Positions 26,759 through 34,595 of a stretch of 42,109 nt of DNA are shown in pieces. This DNA is from a virus: positions 1-42,109 of the IMG/VR virus record IMGVR_UViG_3300037474_000032. One strand, 5' to 3'. The notes under the pieces are model-generated. The model saw nothing but the letters and a program-made list of their open reading frames with translations. It ran no database searches and was not told the DNA's origin. The position numbers were made by a program, and so were the translations under genes. Position 1 is the stretch's first letter; every line of letters starts with the position of its first letter.

Positions 26759-27820
26759 ATGCGCCGCCGTCTATTCCTTGCTGGTCTTGTCGCAGTTCCC
26801 TTAATCGCATGGAGAACGAAAATCCTTAACGCCCTCGATTTCCCAAACCTGCAATCAGCCATCAATGCCGCCGCTGGTGGACGACTCGTCATCCCACGAG
26901 GTAGTTATACGACTACCGGACTTACTGGAGTCTCCAATATCCAGATTGACACTGACGGTCCGGTGACGATTTCCAGTTCCACGAGTGCCCCAATTCTGGA
27001 CTTCACCAATTGCTCAAATTTCGCCCTGAATGGGCATTTGAGTTTGGTTGGAAATGGCCCTGCCTATGTGAGTTGGGGGCCGTCTGGCTATGGTCCTGGC
27101 CCATGCGTTGATACAGGACAACACGGGATAAAACTGAACAACTGCGACCGCTACGACATCTCTGGAAAGATCGAGATTCGCAACATGAACGGGGCCGGGA
27201 TTCTCCGTCAAGCCTCTGCCGGTGGATGGCAACACCAAGGGAGAATCTCCGGGGTTCGCATGCGTGACTGCTTCTACGGCATGAAGTCGGAAGCGATCCT
27301 TGTTTCTGGCGTCCTCCAAGGTTCGGAATACGATACCCATTCAGACCTGATGATTGACAACTGCGTCTTTGGGATTCTCGAAGCCTGCGCCAATAACACC
27401 TACTCCAATTGCAAGACCATCTTTTGCAGCATCGGCGCCAAGATCACCGGGGCGACAGGAATCAACCATTCTCACGGCATTTTCACTGGGTGGGAGTCGA
27501 ATCACAACACCTATGATTTGACCATGGATGGGGCGAGCTACGGTTATACCTTCTCAGGTTGCCACCTGATTTCGGACCAAAGTGGTAGCGGACCGGGGAT
27601 CATCAATATCCTGAATGGAAGCCGGGCAAACTTCACTGGCGGAAATCTGGGCGCAACGCTCAGCATCGATGCCACAAGCATCGCTAGCGTCCAAGGCGCT
27701 TACATCCGTATCGACCTGTCAACCGCTCCTGTAGTGACCTCTGGCGGTATCTACATCGGCAGAGGCAATTGGTCCACCGCTGGGATTCTTCCCACTGGCA
27801 CAGGACAGTGGAATACCTAA
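26759..27820 (+). CDS. Right-handed beta-helix (pectate-lyase-like) protein with Tat-like N-terminal signal
   Basis: 353 aa. The N-terminus MRRRLFLAGLVAVPLIA fits the twin-arginine RRxFL motif plus an h-region. The body has repeated Gly/Asn/Ile-rich beta-helix-type turns (e.g. NCSNFALNG and NNCDRYDISG). Confidence 0.7.
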   Translation: MRRRLFLAGLVAVPLIAWRTKILNALDFPNLQSAINAAAGGRLVIPRGSYTTTGLTGVSNIQIDTDGPVTISSSTSAPILDFTNCSNFALNGHLSLVGNGPAYVSWGPSGYGPGPCVDTGQHGIKLNNCDRYDISGKIEIRNMNGAGILRQASAGGWQHQGRISGVRMRDCFYGMKSEAILVSGVLQGSEYDTHSDLMIDNCVFGILEACANNTYSNCKTIFCSIGAKITGATGINHSHGIFTGWESNHNTYDLTMDGASYGYTFSGCHLISDQSGSGPGIINILNGSRANFTGGNLGATLSIDATSIASVQGAYIRIDLSTAPVVTSGGIYIGRGNWSTAGILPTGTGQWNT

Positions 27821-27971
27821 AGTAAGACGGGGCGACCCCTGATGTTACTAGCATCAGAAGCCCCTTTAGTTCGACTAACCCGAACCTCAGGTAATGCCCC
27901 GCCGCCGTCATGACAGCGGGATAACCTTATCACGGTTCGATCCTTTCAAATATCGACCAAAAGGACTAGCC

Positions 27972-28139
27972 GTGCCCGACATTCACGAACGATTAGCCAT
28001 GTTAGAGGCTAATCAACGTCACCTGGATAAGTGTATGGATGAGACCAAGCAAGCGGTAAAGGATCTTCAAATCACCATCTGGAAGGCGTCAGGCGTTATT
28101 GGCCTGCTCGTGTTTCTCGCGCCGCTTTTGTTGAAATGA
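27972..28139 (+). CDS. Small C-terminally membrane-anchored protein (possible lysis accessory/holin-like)
   Basis: GTG 27972 lies 6 nt after SD aagga, within ORF 27894..28139. 55 aa with the C-terminal TM segment ASGVIGLLVFLAPLLL. Its stop overlaps the endolysin ATG. Confidence 0.55.
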   Translation: MPDIHERLAMLEANQRHLDKCMDETKQAVKDLQITIWKASGVIGLLVFLAPLLLK

Positions 28140-28633
28140 GTAAATTTGACGAATTCTTCACTCGACTGATAGGTAACGAAGGTGGGTATGTCTTCAACAA
28201 AGACGATCCTGGCGGCGAAACGAATTGGGGCATCTCCAAACGATCCTACCCAAATGTAGATATCAAGAACCTGACTCGCGAGGGGGCTAAAGCGATTTAT
28301 TACAGGGATTTTTGGCAGGCTGCTCAAATGGATCAGCTAGACCCGGCGATTGCCTACCAATGCTTTGATGCCGCCGTAAATCATGGCATCAGCCGTGCAA
28401 AGAAGCTACTCCAACAGGCTGTCAATGTGACGGTTGATGGCGTAATTGGCGCCAAAACAATCGGCGCTGTCAGGCAAATGGATAAGAATGATGTGCTATT
28501 CCGATACGATGCATTCCGCCTCATGTTTTATGCCGATCCAAGGTATTTCGATGACCGGCAGTGGTTGAAGTTTGGGCGCGGGTGGGTGAATCGTTCGGCA
28601 AATAATCTGCTTTACGCCGCCGAGGACAATTAA
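28136..28633 (+). CDS. Endolysin, glycoside hydrolase family 108 with PG_binding_3-like C-terminus
   Basis: 165 aa. The sequence FFTRLIGNEGGYVFNKDDPGGETNWGISKRSYP is the GH108 signature, including the catalytic E in NEGGY. Confidence 0.85.
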   Translation: MSKFDEFFTRLIGNEGGYVFNKDDPGGETNWGISKRSYPNVDIKNLTREGAKAIYYRDFWQAAQMDQLDPAIAYQCFDAAVNHGISRAKKLLQQAVNVTVDGVIGAKTIGAVRQMDKNDVLFRYDAFRLMFYADPRYFDDRQWLKFGRGWVNRSANNLLYAAEDN

Positions 28634-28914
28634 TGGACCTCATCAATGCTGGCGGCCTGATCTTCCTTCTCCTGGTCGGATACAGCCTGTTCCTCGCCCA
28701 CAAAGGGAATACCCCGTTTAACCTTCTCGATCTCCTAATGCATGAGGGGCGGGTGGATAAGCTGGCATGTGTCTTTATGGGGTCCTGGGCGGTCCATAGC
28801 TGGATCATGATTAACCTGACAACCTCCGGGAAAATGTCAGAGGGGTATGTAACCCTTTACGCAGCTACCTGGATAGCTCCAATAATTACCAAGCTGATTG
28901 CGAAGAAGACATGA
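28633..28914 (+). CDS. Holin (3-TM type, putative)
   Basis: 93 aa with three hydrophobic segments, lying between the endolysin and the spanins. TAATG junction. Confidence 0.7.
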   Translation: MDLINAGGLIFLLLVGYSLFLAHKGNTPFNLLDLLMHEGRVDKLACVFMGSWAVHSWIMINLTTSGKMSEGYVTLYAATWIAPIITKLIAKKT

Positions 28915-29432
28915 GCTGGCTTGCCCTAAAACTATTCTTCGGCGGTGTCTGGAAATTCCTATCCAGCCTACCCCCTTGGGTGTATGCCGCCATCGCCGTA
29001 GCGGTCTTGTGGGGCGCTTCCATGTTCTGGGCATATGGACATGGCAAGGACTCCCAGAAAGCCGCTACAGAGGCTGTAAAGACCGAATACGGGCAGTTTG
29101 TAGCCGAGACTAAACGTCAGGGCCTGGAGGCGACCAAGAAAGCCAGAGAGCAGGAATTAGCCGATAAACAACGGAAGGAATTAGCTGATGCTGAAAATGC
29201 CAAAACTGTTGCCACTTTGCGTGCTGATAATCAGCGGCTGCTCAACAGCCGTACCACTCGCGGTTACTTGCCCCCCGCCGCCCCCAGTTCCGGAAGTCCT
29301 GCGACAGCCTGTTTCTCAAGGGCCGACCTTGAGTCAGCAATACGACAGCTTGATGCAGGCGTTTCGAGACTCATTGGCGAAGGCGATCAAGGAATAGCAG
29401 GGCTGGATACGGCTAAGAGGTGGGCGCAGTAG
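28911..29432 (+). CDS. i-spanin (Rz-like)
   Basis: 173 aa with an N-terminal TM segment and a charged coiled coil (KKAREQELADKQRKELADAENAK). The o-spanin gene is embedded within it. Confidence 0.8.
   Translation: MSWLALKLFFGGVWKFLSSLPPWVYAAIAVAVLWGASMFWAYGHGKDSQKAATEAVKTEYGQFVAETKRQGLEATKKAREQELADKQRKELADAENAKTVATLRADNQRLLNSRTTRGYLPPAAPSSGSPATACFSRADLESAIRQLDAGVSRLIGEGDQGIAGLDTAKRWAQ
29188..29397 (+). CDS. o-spanin (Rz1-like lipoprotein), embedded in the +1 frame of the i-spanin gene
   Basis: 69 aa with lipobox LIISGC after a signal sequence, and a proline-rich mature part (CPPPPPVPE). Confidence 0.8.
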   Translation: MLKMPKLLPLCVLIISGCSTAVPLAVTCPPPPPVPEVLRQPVSQGPTLSQQYDSLMQAFRDSLAKAIKE

Positions 29433-29438
29433 GGCCGG

Positions 29439-29606
29439 TTACCAGAGGTCGTTCATGTAGTCCTCAATGGTGTATGGCTTGGCTCCGGGCGCGTAAGGTT
29501 CTGGCGCTTCCTTGACTAGCCCGATCTTGAACGCGAGCCATACGAAAGCCCACACGCCAGCAAAACTGGCTGCAAAAGCGGAAAGAAGGAATTGCCAAAG
29601 CTCCAC
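29439..29606 (-). CDS. Small membrane protein (55 aa, below the ORF-track cutoff)
   Basis: Hand translation gives VELWQFLLSAFAASFAGVWAFVWLAFKIGLVKEAPEPYAPGAKPYTIEDYMNDLW. GTG 29606 is preceded by ctaggagagtagc, identical to the leader of the neighbouring gene at 29852. Confidence 0.6.
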   Translation of the reverse strand: MELWQFLLSAFAASFAGVWAFVWLAFKIGLVKEAPEPYAPGAKPYTIEDYMNDLW

Positions 29607-29615
29607 GCTACTCTC

Positions 29616-29852
29616 CTAGATGCGGATCGTTGTCTCAAACGGCAGTTCCATCCCAAGTTTTGTTTGGGAGCCAAAAACATCCATCAGATGCCAAAGCCGA
29701 AATTTGGTATAGCCATCCGCATCCACTTCTGGCTCAGTGTAATCCGGAAGTTTCGGGAATCGCGCCTTTAGTTCTGCATGCCGATTCCGCAGAATCTGCC
29801 GGCCTATGTCGTTCAGCTTTACGCTTACGTATTCGTTGATGTTGAATTCCAC
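29616..29852 (-). CDS. Hypothetical protein
   Basis: 78-aa ORF with a GTG start after the CTAGGAGAG SD. Its TAG stop lies inside the next gene's SD. Confidence 0.7.
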   Translation of the reverse strand: MEFNINEYVSVKLNDIGRQILRNRHAELKARFPKLPDYTEPEVDADGYTKFRLWHLMDVFGSQTKLGMELPFETTIRI

Positions 29853-29864
29853 GCTACTCTCCTA

Positions 29865-29885
29865 GCGCCTCTGCGTTTGAGGCGC
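29865..29885 (-). repeat. Hairpin-SD element copy 4 (minus-strand reading: gcgcctc-aaacgca-gaggcgc + TAGGAGAG)
   Basis: 7-bp stem directly upstream (coding sense) of CTAGGAGAG and GTG 29852. Confidence 0.75.
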
Positions 29886-29950
29886 GGGTGTTTGTTGCAG
29901 GGTGCCGAATAAATAAACAATATCCGGCTGTCACTCCGTAGTTACATCCC

Positions 29951-29971
29951 GCTCCCCAGAAGCAGGGGAGC
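29951..29971. repeat. Hairpin element copy 5 (gctcccc-agaagca-ggggagc), loop in plus orientation
   Basis: 7-bp stem. It overlaps the TAG stop of the minus-strand gene 29971..30240. Confidence 0.7.
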
Positions 29972-30240
29972 TAGTGGTCAATCCGCACATCAATCATCCC
30001 ATGCACCTTGAGATGATCCACAACCCGAACCAAGTCCTTGCAATCATCGCCCCTGTAGGCGGCTAGAACTCCCTCAAGGAACGGCAAATCCTCGGCAGTC
30101 AGAGTAATGGTATCGCCACTCAGCGAACCATCGTGATCGTAATACCGAGCCGCGATAATGCCCTTTAAGGGCTGCTTGAACGCCGCGATTTCATCCACTG
30201 ACTGAACCGGCGTCTTGCTGAAAAATAGAGTGCTGCTCAT
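29971..30240 (-). CDS. Hypothetical protein
   Basis: 89-aa ORF with SD gggaggggat upstream. Confidence 0.7.
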   Translation of the reverse strand: MSSTLFFSKTPVQSVDEIAAFKQPLKGIIAARYYDHDGSLSGDTITLTAEDLPFLEGVLAAYRGDDCKDLVRVVDHLKVHGMIDVRIDH

Positions 30241-30249
30241 ATCCCCTCC

Positions 30250-30474
30250 CTAAGAGTATCTAGCCATAATCGCCTCAGCACTCAACTGGGCGCCATGAGC
30301 GGCAGGCAAACTAAGTTTGCTGGCAACGTCATCACATGCTCCAGCGCAATCTTCCGCTACTAGCCGTGCAAAGGCTTCTACAGAAGCAGCAGAACACTCG
30401 CTGAACTCCCTTGGATCATCGCTCACAAAGCATAGCCCCGCTTGCTCTGCCATTTTGCGTAATTGATCGTTCAT
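30250..30474 (-). CDS. Hypothetical acidic protein
   Basis: 74-aa ORF with SD aaggaatagaga upstream. Confidence 0.65.
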   Translation of the reverse strand: MNDQLRKMAEQAGLCFVSDDPREFSECSAASVEAFARLVAEDCAGACDDVASKLSLPAAHGAQLSAEAIMARYS

Positions 30475-30506
30475 TCTCTATTCCTTAAATTTAAGCGTAT
30501 AGGGCA

Positions 30507-31031
30507 CTAGCGCCTGACCATCGATTCTGCAATCTTACGCAAGACAGATTCGCCCCAAACATTCATCGCCACATTCACGGCGACACAAACCACCCGAACA
30601 TTCCCACGCACATACCCTTTGGCGTTATCAATCCGGTCAATGCTAGGAAAATACGGCCGACGCACATTATTCTTTGCCCCAGATAAGTCAAATTCCAGTC
30701 CGCTTACTGCGCAAACATTCCCATGGCGGGCGGCAATCTTAAGAATATCCTCTGGCGTCAAGGAAAACTCAAGATTTCGAGTCTTTGCGTTCCTGCCAGC
30801 AACGTGAATGGCCTGGCGAATAGCAATCTCCAATGGGGAGCGCTCCGGCTTTTTCAGTTTGGCAAAATATTCGGCTAAGTTCGCATCCTTTTTATACCTC
30901 CAAATACCATCGTCGCCCTGAACAAGCTGTGGAGTGGGGTTGAACATTCCGCGCGCCCTAAGTGAGTCGTAATTGAGTTGTTCCACGTGAAACACCTCTG
31001 AAATCTTCGATTGAACTACGGCGAGATACAT
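30507..31031 (-). CDS. HNH-like (beta-beta-alpha-Me) nuclease-fold protein
   Basis: 174 aa. The C-terminal motif CAVSGLEF...PSIDRIDNAKGYVRGNVRVVCVAVNVAMN is typical of a phage HNH-related family. It is the first gene of the minus-strand accessory block, divergent from int. Confidence 0.6.
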   Translation of the reverse strand: MYLAVVQSKISEVFHVEQLNYDSLRARGMFNPTPQLVQGDDGIWRYKKDANLAEYFAKLKKPERSPLEIAIRQAIHVAGRNAKTRNLEFSLTPEDILKIAARHGNVCAVSGLEFDLSGAKNNVRRPYFPSIDRIDNAKGYVRGNVRVVCVAVNVAMNVWGESVLRKIAESMVRR

Positions 31032-31134
31032 TAATTCTACTCTACCGACTGCCTTAATTCACTTACTTTCTTCTACTCTGTGGCAATATTCGCTTACCGC
31101 AAAAGTGAGTCGCAGAGTGATATAGGGGTGAGTC

Positions 31135-32133
31135 GTGGCAAGCGTAATCAAGCTCAATGGCAAATGGCGGGCGCTGATCCGGAAAAAAGGCCATAAGCCT
31201 ATCTCTAAGTGGTTTGACCGGAAGATCGATGCGGACGCCTGGGCGCGGGATATTGAAGACCAGATATCCAAGGGCGTACAGAAGCCCCAGAAGGGCTTTA
31301 CGGTCGGCAAGATGATACAAGCCTACCGAAAGCTTCGGGACCATTCTAGGCCGATCCTGGACACTTCCACGGAGCATTACACCCTCAAGCGCATAGAAGA
31401 ATTGTTAGGGGATAAGTCGGTTTACTTAACCGTCGATGAGTTGCTTGATTTTGCTGTCGCGCGAAAGAAGGAGGGCGCCGGTCCTTACACCATCAACTGC
31501 GACATCTCTAAGCTGGGGACCGTCTTTCGATATGCTGGGAATGGTGCGCCTGACGTTGTCGCTATTGCCAGACCAAAGCTGAAATACCTCAGTTTGATTG
31601 GGGATGGTAAACGGCGGGAGAGGCGCCCAGAGCAAAGCGAGCTGGAAGATATCCTGGATGCGCTTGAGCAGCCTTACAAAGACGCCGTCTTGTTTGCAGT
31701 TCTCACAGCGATGAGGCTCGGAGAGATTTGCAGAATCCAGCGAGTTGACCTGAATAGCGAGAAACGTACCGTCCTGATCCGTGACCGTAAACATCCGCGA
31801 AACAAGGCCGGAAACAATGAGGAGGTCCCATTGCTCGGACCCGCCTGGGATATCGCTACCCGTCAGCCGGATGGTGAGCTTATTTTCCCAATCTACCCCG
31901 GTACGCTTTCCAAGAAATTCACAAAGGTCTGTAGCGACCTTGGGATTCCCGACCTTCACTTTCACGATCTGCGACATGAGGGCGTTTCCAGGCTATTTGA
32001 GCAAGGGTTCACAATCGAGCAGGTTGCCTTGGTATCGGGGCATAAGGATTGGAGACACCTTAGGCGCTACACAAACCTAAAGCCTGAATCCCTTCACTCG
32101 CTCTCCCCTCAAGGTACGCGGCCAAAACCTTAG
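31135..32133 (+). CDS. int: Tyrosine integrase
   Basis: 332 aa with a GTG start. The catalytic region reads LTAMRLGEI...HFHDLRHEGVSRL...VSGHKDWRHLRRYTNL (R..HxxR..H..Y). Confidence 0.9.
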   Translation: MASVIKLNGKWRALIRKKGHKPISKWFDRKIDADAWARDIEDQISKGVQKPQKGFTVGKMIQAYRKLRDHSRPILDTSTEHYTLKRIEELLGDKSVYLTVDELLDFAVARKKEGAGPYTINCDISKLGTVFRYAGNGAPDVVAIARPKLKYLSLIGDGKRRERRPEQSELEDILDALEQPYKDAVLFAVLTAMRLGEICRIQRVDLNSEKRTVLIRDRKHPRNKAGNNEEVPLLGPAWDIATRQPDGELIFPIYPGTLSKKFTKVCSDLGIPDLHFHDLRHEGVSRLFEQGFTIEQVALVSGHKDWRHLRRYTNLKPESLHSLSPQGTRPKP

Positions 32134-32302
32134 TCGAGCACCAACGACGCCGCCCCTCTTTGTAGGTAGGCACGGGTAGGGAATCGCGGTAAATTTTGTT
32201 GTAGACCGTTTGTGCTTCCAAGGACAATTCCTCGGCTACCTGCTCGACAGTCAAACGATGCCCGTACTTTCGGTACAGGCGTTCTTCCAGGGTAATTTCC
32301 AT
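32060..32302 (-). CDS. Excisionase/PrtN-like HTH protein
   Basis: 80 aa. LTVEQVAEELSLEAQTVYNKIYRDSLPVPTYKEGRRRWCSTKVLAAYLE resembles PrtN/excisionase-family HTH proteins. It is convergent with int and overlaps its 3' end by 74 nt. Confidence 0.65.
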   Translation of the reverse strand: MEITLEERLYRKYGHRLTVEQVAEELSLEAQTVYNKIYRDSLPVPTYKEGRRRWCSTKVLAAYLEGRASEGIQALGLCSA

Positions 32303-32314
32303 TTCCTTCTCCTA

Positions 32315-32335
32315 GGGCCGCTGCTTGTGCGGCCC
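32315..32335 (-). repeat. Hairpin-SD element copy 6 (minus reading: gggccgc-acaagca-gcggccc + TAGGAGAA)
   Basis: 7-bp stem directly upstream (coding sense) of ctaggagaaggaaATG at 32302. Confidence 0.75.
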
Positions 32336-32364
32336 GATACTCTCAACGTAGCTGCTCTCTGATG

Positions 32365-32595
32365 TCAAAACTTGCACGACCCATCTGGTAATACTTCGTA
32401 ATCTGCTCTTGGTTCTTCTGCTTTCATGGCTTTGTCGATGGCATAGGCATCAATCGCCCGATCCAAATCCTCATCGCAAAGCACTTCCGTCATACAGCCG
32501 ATTGGCTCCGGGAACTTTGCGCCGTTGTGACGCAACCACCGATATCGTTCAGCATCCCTCTGTAGTTCCTCTACCTGCTCTTTAGTCAGATGCAT
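32365..32595 (-). CDS. Hypothetical protein
   Basis: 76-aa ORF with SD aaggag upstream. Confidence 0.7.
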   Translation of the reverse strand: MHLTKEQVEELQRDAERYRWLRHNGAKFPEPIGCMTEVLCDEDLDRAIDAYAIDKAMKAEEPRADYEVLPDGSCKF

Positions 32596-32597
32596 GG

Positions 32598-33080
32598 CTA
32601 CTCCTTGGGGGCGGCGGGAAGGGGTGTCCAGTGGGTCGGCGTTGGATAGCTACGCTCATGCGTTTGGTCATACCAGCCGCGAGCCATTCCATCATCTCCA
32701 TCAAAATGGGCGGCAATGCCTAAGTAGTATTCCTTTGGCGAGAAATACCCGCAGACGATTACATCCTCTCCACTTGGAGGAAAATTGTCTGCTACCAGAG
32801 TCCACCCTTCTGCGGGGGCGCTGTGGATGTAGCAAAGCGCCATTGGGTTGCTCTGACCGCCTCCGCATGTCCCCGTGAACGCCTGAGCCTCCGCGCACAC
32901 TGGACATGCCACCGGCTGCGCTTCTTCGGCGCGGAGGGCTTGGGCGCGGTATTGTTCGGCCTTTAAAAGAAGGCGATTCACAATGTGAAAACAACCACTT
33001 TCAAACGGCCCGCCGTCACGGCTATACGGCTGCGCTGCGAGTTCTTCCAACGCTTCGGCAATCAGTATCGTTGCGTTCAT
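32598..33080 (-). CDS. DUF551-domain protein
   Basis: ATG 33080 follows SD aaagga, within ORF 32598..33152. The C-terminus WTLVADNFPPSGEDVIVCGY...THWTPLPAAP matches the DUF551 pattern. Confidence 0.7.
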   Translation of the reverse strand: MNATILIAEALEELAAQPYSRDGGPFESGCFHIVNRLLLKAEQYRAQALRAEEAQPVACPVCAEAQAFTGTCGGGQSNPMALCYIHSAPAEGWTLVADNFPPSGEDVIVCGYFSPKEYYLGIAAHFDGDDGMARGWYDQTHERSYPTPTHWTPLPAAPKE

Positions 33081-33090
33081 ATCAGTCCTT

Positions 33091-33231
33091 TCAAAGAACG
33101 GCTTCAAGAATCCCAAGAAGCGCGAAAAATCCAAAGCCAATAAGCGCACCAACCAAGTTTCTATCTAGCAGGCACGCGCCAACCACCAACGCGGCAGTAA
33201 TCCAGTACCAAAACCAAGCGCGGGAGTTCAC
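33091..33231 (-). CDS. Small 2-TM membrane protein (46 aa, below the ORF-track cutoff)
   Basis: Hand translation gives VNSRAWFWYWITAALVVGACLLDRNLVGALIGFGFFALLGILEAVL. GTG 33231 overlaps the upstream TGA (GTGA). Confidence 0.5.
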   Translation of the reverse strand: MNSRAWFWYWITAALVVGACLLDRNLVGALIGFGFFALLGILEAVL

Positions 33232-33569
33232 GTCTGCTTTCTTTTCATTGCGACCAACGCACGGAGGGTGACGGTTCGGAGGGCGCGCACAGGATCGCCC
33301 TCAATCAACTCGCAAACCAAAACAAAAGGTTGGCCGTCGTCGCTATATTGAATGGCCTTAACTGTTTCTTGATAACCACCGACAACGATTCTTTTGGGCC
33401 ACAGCACCCGCACCATGATTTCCGCGCATGCCTCCGTGGATTCGTGGAGCCAAGCATCGCGCCAAGGTCTAACTCGTTCATTGGCGGTTCCCGGTAATTC
33501 GCCAGTGATCTGCAACTCCTCCGGCAAGCACCCCGCCGCGTCCCGGCTCAGTTGCTCTAGGTCGGTCAT
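33228..33569 (-). CDS. Hypothetical protein
   Basis: 113-aa ORF with an ATGA overlap with the upstream gene. Confidence 0.7.
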   Translation of the reverse strand: MTDLEQLSRDAAGCLPEELQITGELPGTANERVRPWRDAWLHESTEACAEIMVRVLWPKRIVVGGYQETVKAIQYSDDGQPFVLVCELIEGDPVRALRTVTLRALVAMKRKQT

Positions 33570-34000
33570 TTGACTTTCCTCTTGTAGACTGGATATGCGG
33601 ACGGGTCTTTTTTGGCCTGCTCTGGCAGATGGTAAAACTCATCCGCAGCACCTAGCCAACCTACGATGTAGTAGCCTTGCTTCTCCAACTCCGCCACCCT
33701 AGCCCGCAGCGCGGCTGCTTCGGATTGGGCGGCGGCTAAGCCAGCATAGAAAATGTCGCGGTGCTCTTTGCAGTCCGCATAGCGGGATTCTCGGAAATAT
33801 TCCGCCGCTACCGCTTCCGCATCCGTCCTCGGCGCCCCTTCGCGCGAAGGCTCCTTGTGGAGGGTAGCCGAATAGGCACGCACGGCATTTGCTTGATTAC
33901 GTAGAAATGCGCTTATCTCTTGCCCGTTAAAGATTTTCTTGCCCTGCGCGAGGAATGCATCTGCCTGTTGTTCCAATGCATCCGCTACTTTATCGGTCAT
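33566..34000 (-). CDS. Hypothetical protein
   Basis: 144-aa ORF with an 11-nt overlap with the upstream gene. Confidence 0.7.
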   Translation of the reverse strand: MTDKVADALEQQADAFLAQGKKIFNGQEISAFLRNQANAVRAYSATLHKEPSREGAPRTDAEAVAAEYFRESRYADCKEHRDIFYAGLAAAQSEAAALRARVAELEKQGYYIVGWLGAADEFYHLPEQAKKDPSAYPVYKRKVK

Positions 34001-34595
34001 GGCTAGTTCCTTTGATGGCAGCGTATGCCTGCTCGCAGGTGACGGCGCGCTTTACCAGGCCGTGCTTCACCCAGGAGCCAATCGGTTTTAGAGTGCGGCC
34101 TTCGAGATTCACATCCGGAAGCACCACATAGACAGGCTTTCCCATGCCGATGGCAATGCCGCACTCGACAAGCGCGCCTTTCAGCGGGAAATCTGCGCGC
34201 TCGGCGTATAGGATGACGCCTGCCGCCGCACGAATCTCGCGAGTAATGCGCGCCCATAGCTCCGTGAAGTCGGAAGTCTCGCCCTCTCCAGCTTCATCGA
34301 TCCATGTAGATGTGATATTCCAACCAGAAGCACGAAACGCCTTCCACATTTCCGGTCGCGCGGCGAGTGAAGCGCGAGAGGCGACATACACGCTAGGGGC
34401 CGCTGCTTCTGCGGACCCGGAGGCATCGCCGGAGACGGAATGCTCCAATCCCTTAAGCGCCAGTTCCAGGATTGGCAGTAGGGCGGCTGGATTGGTATTG
34501 GCGCGGTAGTCTTGCCATACGTCACTAAAGCGCGTCTCCACGAATAGCTCGGCCACCTTCGCCAGTGCTATCAGTTCTTCTATTTGTTGCTTCAT
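33990..34595 (-). CDS. Hypothetical protein with Rossmann-like C-terminal domain (nucleoside 2-deoxyribosyltransferase-like, tentative)
   Basis: ATG 34595 overlaps the upstream TGA, within ORF 33990..34874. The segment VYVASRAS...GWNITSTWIDE...AAGVILYAE...LKGALVECGIAIGMGKPVYVV resembles the Nuc_deoxyrib_tr/DUF4406 architecture. Confidence 0.55.
   Translation of the reverse strand: MKQQIEELIALAKVAELFVETRFSDVWQDYRANTNPAALLPILELALKGLEHSVSGDASGSAEAAAPSVYVASRASLAARPEMWKAFRASGWNITSTWIDEAGEGETSDFTELWARITREIRAAAGVILYAERADFPLKGALVECGIAIGMGKPVYVVLPDVNLEGRTLKPIGSWVKHGLVKRAVTCEQAYAAIKGTSHDR

Noticed and set aside
25415-27820. A diversity-generating retroelement (VR/TR repeats plus reverse transcriptase), as found in BPP-1-like phages
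   Set aside because: I looked for a duplicated ~100-150-bp template/variable repeat near the tail-fibre 3' end and for an RT-like ORF, and found neither.
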